From Eledone cirrhosa (taxonomy: Eukaryota), in the NCBI GenBank assembly GCA_964016885.1, contig OZ024742.1, positions 348,440,001 to 348,504,000 on the forward strand: a stretch of DNA of 64,000 nt, written 5' to 3'. How positions within the stretch are numbered: the first letter of the stretch is position 1; the number at the start of each line of letters is the position of its first letter. The translations under genes were made by a program, and so were the position numbers. Of the stretch, positions 50,401 to 62,400 are shown piece by piece. The notes under the pieces were generated by a model. It saw only the letters and a program-made list of their open reading frames with translations, searched no databases and had not been told where the DNA came from.

Positions 50401-53400
50401 GTTTTCTACTAAGGTGTAGTTGGACAGTTAAGGTGTTCTACACAGGTGTAGTTGGACAGTTAAGTTGTTCTATTCAGGTGTGGTTGAACAGTTAAGGTGT
50501 TCTACTGATGCTGGTTGGACAGTTATGGTGTTCTACTCAGGTGTAGTTGAACAGTTAAGGTGTTCTATTCAGGTGTGGTTGAACAGTTAAGGTGTTCTAC
50601 TGATGTGTGGTTGGACAGTTAAGGTGTTCTACTCAGGTGTAGTTTGACAGTTAAGGTATTCTACTCAGGTGTGGTTGGACAGTTAAGGTGTTCTACTGAT
50701 ATGTGGTTGGACAGTTAAGGTGTTCTACTCAGGTGAAGTTGGACACTTAAGGTGTTCTATTCAGGTGTAGTTGGACAGTTAAGGTGTTCTATTCAGGTGT
50801 GGTTGAACAGTTAAGGTGTTCTACTCAAGTGTAGTTGGACATTTAAGGTGTTCTACTCAGGTGTAGTTGAACAGTTAAGGTGTTCTACTCAGGTGTAGTT
50901 GAACAGTTAAGGTGTTCTACTCAGCTGTGGTTGGACAATTAAGGTGTTCTACTGATATGTGGTTGGTTAGTTAAGGTGTCCTACTCAGGTGAAGTTGGAC
51001 ATTTAAGGTGTTCTATTCAGGTGTAGTTGGACAGTTAAGGTGTTCTACTGATGTGTGGTTGGTTAGTTAAGGTGTTCTACTCAGGTGTGGTTGGACAGTT
51101 AAGGTGTTCTACTGATGTGTGTTTGGTTAGTTAAGGTGTTCTACTCAGGTGTGGTTGAACAGTTGAGTTGTTCTACTCAGGTGTGGCTGGAGAGCTAAGG
51201 TGTTCTACTCAAGTTTAGTTGGACATTTAAGGTGTTCTACTCAGGTGTAGTTGAACAGTTAAGGTGTTCTATTCAGGTGTAGTTGAACAGTTAAGGTGTT
51301 CTATTCAGGTGTGGTTGGTTAGTTAATGTGGTCTACTCAGGTGTAGATGGATAGTTAAGGTGTTCTACTCAGGTGTAGATGGACAGTTAAGGTGTTCTAC
51401 TCAAGTCTAGTTGGACAGTTAAGGTGTTCTACTCAGGTGTGGTTGAACAGTTGAGTTGTTCTACTCAGGTGTGGCTGGACAGCTAAGGTGTTCTACTCAG
51501 GTGTGGTTGGACAGTTAAGGTGTTCTACTGATGTGTGGTTGGATAGTTAAGGTGTTCTACTCAAGTGTAGTTGGACATTTAATGTGTTCTATTCAGGTGT
51601 TGTTGAACAGTTAAGGCGTTCTACTCAGGTGTGGTTGGACAGCTAAGGTGTTCTACTCAGGTGTAGTTGGACAGTTAAGGTGTTCTACTCAGGTGTGGTT
51701 GGACAGGTAAGGTGTTCTACTCAGGTGTAGTTGGACAGTTAAGGTGTTCTACCCAGGTGTAGATGGACAGTTAAGGTGTCCTACTGATGTGTGGTTGGTT
51801 AGTTAAGGTGTTCTACTCAGGTGTAGTTGGACATTTAAGGTGTTCTACTCAGGTGTAGTTGGACAGTTCATGTGTTCTCCTCATGTGTGATTGGACAGTT
51901 AATGTGTTCTACTCAGGTGTGGTTGGACAGTTAAGGCGTTCTACTCAGGTGTGGTTGGACAGTTAATATGTTGCACTCAGGTGTAGTTGAACAGTTAAGG
52001 TGTTCTACTGAGGTGTAGTTGGACAGTTAAGGTGTTCTATTCAGGTGTTGTTGAACAGTTAAAGTGTTCTACTGATGTGTGGTTGGACAGTTAAGGTGTT
52101 CTACTCAGGTGTAGTTGAACAGTTAAGGTGTTCTACTCAGGTGTGGTTGGACAGTTAAGGTGTTCTATTCAGGTGTAGTTGGACAGTTAAGGTGTTCTAC
52201 TCAGGTGTAGTTGGACAGTTAAGGTGTTCTACTGGTGTGTGGTTGGTTAGTTAAGGTGTTCTACTCAGGTGTAGTTGGACATTTAAGGTGTTCTATTCAG
52301 GTGTAGTTGGACAGTTAAGGTGTTCTACTCAGGTGTGGTTGAACAGTTAAGGTGTTCTACTCAGGTGTAGTTGAACAGTTAAGGTGTTCAATTCAGGTGT
52401 AGTTGGACAGTTAAGGTGGTCTTCTCAGGTGTAGTTGGACAGTTAAGGTGTTCTACTGATGTGTGGTTGGTTAGTTAAGGTGTTCTACTCAGGTGTAGTT
52501 GAACAGTTAAGGTGTTCTACTCAGCTGTGGTTGGACAGTTAAGGTGTTCTACTGATGTGTGGTTGGTTAGTTAAGGTGTTCTACTCAGGTGTGGTTGGAC
52601 AGTTAAGGTGTTCTACTGATGTGTGTTTGGTTAGTTAAGGTGTTCTACTCAGGTGTGGTTGAACAGTTGAGTTGTTCTACTCAGGTGTGGCTGGAGAGCT
52701 AAGGTGTTCTACTCAAGTTTAGTTGGACATTTAAGGTGTTCTACTCAGGTGTAGTTGAACAGTTAAGGTGTTCTATTCAGGTGTAGTTGAACAGTTAAGG
52801 TGTTCTATTCAGGTGTGGTTGGTTAGTTAATGTGGTCTACTCAGGTGTAGATGGATAGTTAAGGTGTTCTACTCAGGTGTAGATGGACAGTTAAGGTGTT
52901 CTACTCAAGTCTAGTTGGACAGTTAAGGTGTTCTACTCAGGTGTGGTTGAACAGTTAAGGTGTTCTACTCAGGTGTGGGTGGACAGCTAAGGTGTTCTAC
53001 GCAGGTGTGGTTGGACAGTTAAGGTGTTCTACTCAGGTGTGGTTGGACAGCTAAGGTGTTCAACTCAGGTGTAGTTGGACAGTTAAGGTGTTCTACTCAG
53101 GTGTAGTTGGACTGTTAAGGTGTTCTACTGATGTGTGGTTGGTTAGTTAAGGTTTTCTACTCAGGTGTAGTTGGACATTTAAGATGTTCTACGCAGGTGT
53201 AGTTGGACAGTTAATGTGTTCTCCTCATGTGTGATTGGACAGTTAAGGTGTTCTATTCAGGTGTAGTTGGACAGTTAAGGTGTTCTACTCAGGTGTAGTT
53301 GGACAGTTAAGGTGTTCTACTCAGGTGTAGTTGGACAGTTAAGGTGTTCTACTCAGGTGTGATTGGACAGTTAAGGCGTTCTACTCAGGTGTAGTTGGAC

Positions 53401-56400
53401 AGTTAAGGTGTTCTCCTGATGTGTGGTTGGTTAGTTAAGGTGTTCTATGCAGGTGTAGTTGGACAGTTAAAGTTTTCTACTCAGATGTGGTTGGACAGTT
53501 AAGATGTTCTACTGATGTGTGGTTGGTTAGTTAAGGTGTTCTACTCAGGTGTAGTTGGACAGTTAAAGTGTTCTACTCAGCTGTGGTTGGACAGATAAGA
53601 TGTTCTACTGATGTGTGGTTGGTTAGTTAAGGTGTTCTACTCAGGTGTAGTTGGACATTTAAGGTGTTCTATTCAGGTGTAGTTGGACAGTTAAGGTGTT
53701 CTACTCAGCTGTGGTTGGACAGTTAAGGTGTTCTACTGATGTGTGGTTGAACAGTTAAGGTGGTCTACTCAGGTGTAGTTGGACATTTAAGGTGTTCTAT
53801 TCAGGTGTAGTTGGACAGTTAAGTTGTTCTACTGATGCGTGGTTGGTTAGTTAAGGTGTTATAATCAGGTGTGGTTGGACAGTTAAGGTGTTCTACTCAT
53901 GTGTAGTTGAACAGTTAAGGTGTTCTATTCAGGTGTGGTTGGTTAGTTAAGGTGTACTATTCAGGTGCGGTTGGTTAGTTAAGGTGGTCTACTCAGGTGT
54001 AGATGGACAGTTAAGGTGTTCTACTCAGGTGTGGTTGGTTACTTAAGGTGGTCTACTCAGGTGTAGATGGACAGTTAACGTGTTCTACTGATGTGTGGTT
54101 GGTTAGTTAAGGTGTTCTACTCAGGTGTAGTTGAACAGTTAAGGTGTTCTACTCAGCTGTGGTTGGACAATTAAGGTGTTCTACTGATGTGTGGTTAGTT
54201 AGTTAAGGTGTTCTACTCAGGTGTATTTGGACAGTTAAGGTGTTCTACTCAGGTGTGGTTGGACAGTTAAGATGTTCTACTGATGTGTGGTTGGTTAGTT
54301 AAGGTGTTCTACTCAGGTGTGGTTGGACAGTTAAGGTGTTCTACTCAGGTGTGGTTGGACAGCTAAGGTGTTCTATTCTGGTGTAGTTGGACAGTTAAGG
54401 TGTTCTATTCAGGTGTAGTTGGACAGTTAAGGTGTTCTACTCAGGTGTAGTTGGACAGTTAAGGTGTTCTTCTGATGTGTGGTTGGTTAGTTAAGGTGTT
54501 CTACTCAGGTGTAGTTGGACAGTTAAAGTGTTCTACTCAGCTGTGGTTGGACAGTTAAGATGTTCTACTGATGTGTGGTTGGTTAGTTAAGGTGTTCTAC
54601 TCAGGTGTAGTTGGACATTTAAGGTGTTCTATTCAGGTGTAGTTGGACAGTTAAGGTGTTCTACTCAGGTGTGGTTGAACAGTTAAGGTGTTCTACTCAG
54701 GTGTAGTTGAACAGTTAAGGTGTTCTACTCAGGTGTGGTTGGACAGTTAAGGTGTTCTACTCAGCTGTGGTTGAACAGTTAAGGTATTCTACTAAGGTGT
54801 AGTTGGACAGTTAAGGTGTTCTATTCAGGTGTGGTTGAACAGTTAAGGTGTTCTACTCAGGTGTAGTTGAACAGTTAAGGTGTTCTATTCAGGTGTAGTT
54901 GGACAGTTAAGGTGTTCTTCTCAGGTGTGGTTGAACAGTTAAGGTTTTCTACTCAGGTGTAGTTGGCCAGTTAAGGTGTTCTATTCAGGTGTGGTTGAAC
55001 AGTTAAGGTGTTCTACTGATGCGTGGTTGGACAGTTAAGGTGTTCTACTCAGGTGTAGTTGAACAGTTAAGGTGTTCTACTCAGGTGTAGTTGGACAGTT
55101 AAGGTGTTCTATTCAGGTGTGGTTGAACAGTTAAGGTGTTCTATTCAGGTGTGGTTGGTTAGTTAAGGTGGTCTACTCAGGTGTAGATGGACAGTTAAGG
55201 TGTTCTACTCAGGTGTGGTTGGTTACTTAAGGTGGTCTACTCAGGTGTAGATGGACAGTTAACGTGTTTTACTGATGTGTGGTTGGTTAGTTAAGGTGTT
55301 CTACTCAGGTGTATTTGGACAGTTAAGGTGTTCTACTCAGGTGTGGTGGGACAGTTAAGATGTTCTACTGATGTGTGGTTGGTTAGTTAAGGTGTTCTAC
55401 TCAGGTGTGGTTGGACAGTTAAGGTGTTCTACTCAGGTGTGGTTGGACAGCTAAGGTGTTCTATTCTGGTGTAGTTGGACAGTTAAGGTGTTCTATTCAG
55501 GTGTAGTTGGACAGTTAAAGTGTTCTACTCAGGTGTAGTTGGACAGTTAAGGTGTTCTTCTGATGTTTGGTTGGTTAGTTAAGGTGTTCTACTCAGGTGT
55601 AGTTGGACAGTTAAAGTGTTCTACTCAGCTGTGGTTGGACAGTTAAGATGTTCTACTGATGTGTGGTTGGTTAGTTAAGGTGTTCTACTCAGGTGTAGTT
55701 GGACATTTAAGGTGTTCTATTCAGGTGTAGTTGGACAGTTAAGGTGTTCTACTCAGGTGTGGTTGAACAGTTAAGGTGTTCTACTCAGGTGTAGTTGAAC
55801 AGTTAAGGTGTTCTACTCAGGTGTGGTTGGACAGTTAAGGTGTTCTACTCAGGTGTGGTTGAACAGTTAAGGTGTTCTACTCAGGTGTAGTTGGACAGTT
55901 AAGGTGTTCTATTCAGGTGTAGTTGGACAGTTAAGGTGTCCTACTCAGGTGTGGTTGAACAGTTAAGGTTTTCTACTCAGGTGTAGTTGGACAGTTAAGG
56001 TGTTCTATTCAGGTGTGGTTGAACAGTTAAGGTGTTCTACTGATGCGTGGTTGGACAGTTAAGGTGTTCTACTCAGGTGTAGTTGAACAGTTAAGGTGTT
56101 CTACTCAGGTGTAGTTGGACCGTTAAGGTGTTCTATTCAGGTGTGGTTGAACAGTTAAGGTGTTCTACTGATGTGTGGTTGGTCAGTTAAGGTGTTCTAC
56201 TCAGGTGTAGTTTGACAGTTAAGGTATTCTACTCAGGTGTGGTTGGACAGTTAAGGTGTTCTACTGATATGTGGTTGGACAGTTAAGGTGTTCTACTGAT
56301 ATGTGGTTGGTTAGTTAACGTGTTCTACTCAGGTGAAGTTGAACAGTTAAGGTGTTCTATTTAGGTGTAGTTGGACAGTTAAGGTGTTCTACTCAGGTGT

Positions 56401-59400
56401 GGTTGAACAGTTAATGTGTTCTACTGAGGTGTAGTTGGACAGTTAAGGTGTTCTATTCAGGTGTTGTTGAACAGTTAAGGTGTTCTACTGATGTGTGGTT
56501 GGACAGTTAAGGTGTTCTACTCAGGTGTAGTTGAACAGTTAAGGTGTTCTACTCAGGTGTGTTTGGACAGTTAAGGTGTTCTATTCAGGTGTGGTTGAAC
56601 AGTTAAGGTGTTCTACTGATGTGTGGTTGGACAGTTAAGATGTCCTACTCAGATGTAGTTGAACAGTTAAGGTGTTCTATTCAGGTGTGGTTGAACAGTT
56701 AAAGTGTTCTACTCAGGTGTAGTGGGACAGTTAAGGTGTTCTACTCAGGTGTAGTTGGACAGTTAAGGTGTTCTACTGGTGTGTGGTTGGTTAGTTAAGG
56801 TGTTCTACTCATGTGTAGTTGGACATTTAAGGTGTTCTATTCAGGTGTAGTTTGACAGTTAAGGTATTCTACTCAGGTGTGGTTGGACAGTTAAGGTGTT
56901 CTACTGATATGTGGTTGGACAGTTAAGGTGTTCTACTGATATGTGGTTGGTTAGTTAAGGTGTTCTACTCAGGTGAAGTTGAACAGTTAAGGTGTTCTAT
57001 TCAGGTGTAGTTGGACAGTTAAGGTGTTCTACTCAGGTGTGGTTGAACAGTTAATGTGTTCTACTGAGGTGTAGTTGGACAGTTAAGGTGTTCTATTCAG
57101 GTGTTGTTGAACAGTTAAGGTGTTCTACTGATGTGTGGTTGGACAGTTAAGGTGTTCTACTCAGGTGTAGTTGAACAGTTAAGGTGTTCTACTCAGGTGT
57201 GTTTGGACAGTTAAGGTGTTCTACTGATGTGTGGTTGAACAGTTAAGGTGGTCTACTCAGGTGTAGTTGGACATTTAAGGTGTTCTATTCAGGTGTAGTT
57301 GGACAGTTAAGTTGTTCTACTGATGCGTGGTTGGTTAGTTAAGGTGTTATAATCAGGTGTGGTTGGACAGTTAAGGTGTTCTACTCATGTGTAGTTGAAC
57401 AGTTAAGGTGTTCTATTCAGGTGTGGTTGGTTAGTTAAGGTGTACTATTCAGGTGTGGTTGGTTAGTTAAGGTGGTCTACTCAGGTGTAGATGGACAGTT
57501 AAGGTGTTCTACTCAGGTGTGGTTGGTTACTTAAGGTGGTCTACTCAGGTGTAGATGGACAGTTAACGTGTTCTACTGATGTGTGGTTGGTTAGTTAAGG
57601 TGTTCTACTCAGGTGTAGTTGAACAGTTAAGGTGTTCTACTCAGCTGTGGTTGGACAATTAAGGTGTTCTACTGATGTGTGGTTAGTTAGTTAAGGTGTT
57701 CTACTCAGGTGTATTTGGACAGTTAAGGTGTTCTACTCAGGTGTGGTTGGACAGTTAAGATGTTCTACTGATGTGTGGTTGGTTAGTTAAGGTGTTCTAC
57801 TCAGGTGTGGTTGGACAGTTAAGGTGTTCTACTCAGGTGTGGTTGGACAGCTAAGGTGTTCTATTCTGGTGTAGTTGGACAGTTAAGGTGTTCTATTCAG
57901 GTGTAGTTGGACAGTTAAGGTGTTCTACTCAGGTGTAGTTGGACAGTTAAGGTGTTCTTCTGATGTGTGGTTGGTTAGTTAAGGTGTTCTACTCAGGTGT
58001 AGTTGGACAGTTAAAGTGTTCTACTCAGCTGTGGTTGGACAGTTAAGATGTTCTACTGATGTGTGGTTGGTTAGTTAAGGTGTTCTACTCAGGTGTAGTT
58101 GGACATTTAAGGTGTTCTATTCAGGTGTAGTTGGACAGTTAAGGTGTTCTACTCAGGTGTGGTTGAACAGTTAAGGTGTTCTACTCAGGTGTAGTTGAAC
58201 AGTTAAGGTGTTCTACTCAGGTGTGGTTGGACAGTTAAGGTGTTCTACTCAGCTGTGGTTGAACAGTTAAGGTATTCTACTAAGGTGTAGTTGGACAGTT
58301 AAGGTGTTCTATTCAGGTGTGGTTGAACAGTTAAGGTGTTCTACTCAGGTGTAGTTGGACAGTTAAGGTGTTCTATTCAGGTGTGGTTGGACAGTTAAGG
58401 TGTTCTACTCAGGTGTAGTTGAACAGTTAAGGTGTTCTATTCAGGTGTAGTTGGACAGTTAAGGTGTTCTTCTCAGGTGTGGTTGAACAGTTAAGGTTTT
58501 CTACTCAGGTGTAGTTGGCCAGTTAAGGTGTTCTATTCAGGTGTGGTTGAACAGTTAAGGTGTTCTACTGATGCGTGGTTGGACAGTTAAGGTGTTCTAC
58601 TCAGGTGTAGTTGAACAGTTAAGGTGTTCTACTCAGGTGTAGTTGGACAGTTAAGGTGTTCTATTCAGGTGTGGTTGAACAGTTAAGGTGTTCTATTCAG
58701 GTGTGGTTGGTTAGTTAAGGTGGTCTACTCAGGTGTAGATGGACAGTTAAGGTGTTCTACTCAGGTGTGGTTGGTTACTTAAGGTGGTCTACTCAGGTGT
58801 AGATGGACAGTTAACGTGTTTTACTGATGTGTGGTTGGTTAGTTAAGGTGTTCTACTCAGGTGTATTTGGACAGTTAAGGTGTTCTACTCAGGTGTGGTG
58901 GGACAGTTAAGATGTTCTACTGATGTGTGGTTGGTTAGTTAAGGTGTTCTACTCAGGTGTGGTTGGACAGTTAAGGTGTTCTACTCAGGTGTGGTTGGAC
59001 AGCTAAGGTGTTCTATTCTGGTGTAGTTGGACAGTTAAGGTGTTCTATTCAGGTGTAGTTGGACAGTTAAAGTGTTCTACTCAGGTGTAGTTGGACAGTT
59101 AAGGTGTTCTTCTGATGTTTGGTTGGTTAGTTAAGGTGTTCTACTCAGGTGTAGTTGGACAGTTAAAGTGTTCTACTCAGCTGTGGTTGGACAGTTAAGA
59201 TGTTCTACTGATGTGTGGTTGGTTAGTTAAGGTGTTCTACTCAGGTGTAGTTGGACATTTAAGGTGTTCTATTCAGGTGTAGTTGGACAGTTAAGGTGTT
59301 CTACTCAGGTGTGGTTGAACAGTTAAGGTGTTCTACTCAGGTGTAGTTGAACAGTTAAGGTGTTCTACTCAGGTGTGGTTGGACAGTTAAGGTGTTCTAC

Positions 59401-62400
59401 TCAGGTGTGGTTGAACAGTTAAGGTGTTCTACTCAGGTGTAGTTGGACAGTTAAGGTGTTCTATTCAGGTGTAGTTGGACAGTTAAGGTGTCCTACTCAG
59501 GTGTGGTTGAACAGTTAAGGTTTTCTACTCAGGTGTAGTTGGACAGTTAAGGTGTTCTATTCAGGTGTGGTTGAACAGTTAAGGTGTTCTACTGATGCGT
59601 GGTTGGACAGTTAAGGTGTTCTACTCAGGTGTAGTTGAACAGTTAAGGTGTTCTACTCAGGTGTAGTTGGACCGTTAAGGTGTTCTATTCAGGTGTGGTT
59701 GAACAGTTAAGGTGTTCTACTGATGTGTGGTTGGACAGTTAAGGTGTTCTACTCAGGTGTAGTTTGACAGTTAAGGTATTCTACTCAGGTGTGGTTGGAC
59801 AGTTAAGGTGTTCTACTGATATGTGGTTGGACAGTTAAGGTGTTCTACTGATATGTGGTTGGTTAGTTAACGTGTTCTACTCAGGTGAAGTTGAACAGTT
59901 AAGGTGTTCTATTTAGGTGTAGTTGGACAGTTAAGGTGTTCTACTCAGGTGTGGTTGAACAGTTAATGTGTTCTACTGAGGTGTAGTTGGACAGTTAAGG
60001 TGTTCTATTCAGGTGTTGTTGAACAGTTAAGGTGTTCTACTGATGTGTGGTTGGACAGTTAAGGTGTTCTACTCAGGTGTAGTTGAACAGTTAAGGTGTT
60101 CTACTCAGGTGTGTTTGGACAGTTAAGGTGTTCTATTCAGGTGTGGTTGAACAGTTAAGGTGTTCTACTGATGTGTGGTTGGACAGTTAAGATGTCCTAC
60201 TCAGATGTAGTTGAACAGTTAAGGTGTTCTATTCAGGTGTGGTTGAACAGTTAAAGTGTTCTACTCAGGTGTAGTGGGACAGTTAAGGTGTTCTACTCAG
60301 GTGTAGTTGGACAGTTAAGGTGTTCTACTGGTGTGTGGTTGGTTAGTTAAGGTGTTCTACTCATGTGTAGTTGGACATTTAAGGTGTTCTATTCAGGTGT
60401 AGTTTGACAGTTAAGGTATTCTACTCAGGTGTGGTTGGACAGTTAAGGTGTTCTACTGATATGTGGTTGGACAGTTAAGGTGTTCTACTGATATGTGGTT
60501 GGTTAGTTAAGGTGTTCTACTCAGGTGAAGTTGAACAGTTAAGGTGTTCTATTCAGGTGTAGTTGGACAGTTAAGGTGTTCTACTCAGGTGTGGTTGAAC
60601 AGTTAATGTGTTCTACTGAGGTGTAGTTGGACAGTTAAGGTGTTCTATTCAGGTGTTGTTGAACAGTTAAGGTGTTCTACTGATGTGTGGTTGGACAGTT
60701 AAGGTGTTCTACTCAGGTGTAGTTGAACAGTTAAGGTGTTCTACTCAGGTGTGTTTGGACAGTTAAGGTGTTCTATTCAGGTGTGGTTGAACAGTTAAGG
60801 TGTTCTACTGATGTGTGGTTGGACAGTTAAGATGTCCTACTCAGATGTAGTTGAACAGTTAAGGTGTTCTATTCAGGTGTGGTTGAACAGTTAAAGTGTT
60901 CTACTCAGGTGTAGTTGGACAGTTAAGGTGTTCTACTCAGGTGTAGTTGGACAGTTAAGGTGTTCTACTGGTGTGTGGTTGGTTAGTTAAGGTGTTCTAC
61001 TCATGTGTAGTTGGACATTTAAGGTGTTCTATTCAGGTGTAGTTGGACAGTTAAGGTGTTCTACTCAGGTGTGGTTGAACAGTTAAGGTATTCTACTCAG
61101 GTGTAGTTGGACAGTTAAGGTGTTCTACTCAGGTGTGGTTGGACAGTTAAGGTGTTCTACTCAGGTGTGGTTGAACAGTTAAGGTGTTCTACTCAGGTGT
61201 GGTTGGACAGTTAAGATGTTCTACTCAGATGTAGTTGAACAGTTAAGGTGTTCTATTCAGGTGTAGTTGGACAGTTAAGGTGTTCTACTCAGGTGTAGTT
61301 GGACAGTTAAGGTGTTCTACTCAGGCGTAGTTGGACAGTTAAGGTGTTCTACTGATATGTGGTTGGTTAGTTAAGGTGTTCTACTCAGGTGAAGTTGGAC
61401 ATTTAAGGTGTTCTATTCAGGTGTAGTTGTACAGTTAAGGTGTTCTATTCAGGTGTGGTTGAACAGTTAAGGTGTTCTATTCAGGTGTGGTTGGACAGTT
61501 AAAGTGGTCTACTCAGGTGTGGTTGGTTAGTTAAGGTGTTCTACTCAGGTGTAGTTGATCAGTTAAGGTGTTCTATTCAGGTGTAGTTGGACAGTTAAGG
61601 TGGTCTACTCAGGTGTAGTTGGACAGTTAAGGTGTTCTACTGATGTGTGGTTGGTTAGTTAAGGTGTTCTACTCAGGTGTAGTTGAACAGTTAAGGTGTT
61701 CTGCTCAGCTGTGGTTGGACAGTTAAGGTGTTCTACTGATGTGTGGTTGGTTAGTTAAGGTGTTCTACTCAGGTGTAGTTGGACAGTTAAGGTGTTCTAC
61801 TCAGGTGTGGTTGGACAGTTAACTTGTTCTACTGATGTGTGTTTGGTTAGTTAAGGTGTTCTACTCAGGTGTGGTTGAACAGTTGAGCTGTTCTACTCAG
61901 GTGTGGCTGGACAGCTAAGGTGTTCTACTCAGGTGTGGTTGGACAGTTAAGGTGTTCTACTGATGTGTGTTTGGTTAGTTAAGGTGTTCTACTCAGGTGT
62001 GGTTGAACAGTTGAGTTGTTCTTGGAGAGCTAAGGTGTTCTACTCAAGTGTAGTTGGACATTTAAGGTGTTCTACTCAGGTGTAGTTGAACAGTTAAGGT
62101 GTTCTATTCAGGTGTAGTTGAACAGTTAAGGTGTTCTATTCAGGTGTGGTTGGTTAGTTAAGGTGGTCTACTCAGGTGTAGATGGATAGTTAAGGTGTTC
62201 TACTCAGGTGTAGATGGACAGTTAAGGTGTTCTACTCAGGTCTAGTTGGACAGTTAAGGTGTTCTACTCAGGTGTGGTTGAACAGTTAAGGTGTTCTACT
62301 CAGGTGTGGGTGGACAGCTAAGGTGTTCTACGCAGGTGTGATTGGACAGTTAAGGTGTTCTACTCAGGTGTGGTTGGACAGCTAAGGTGTTCTACTCAGG

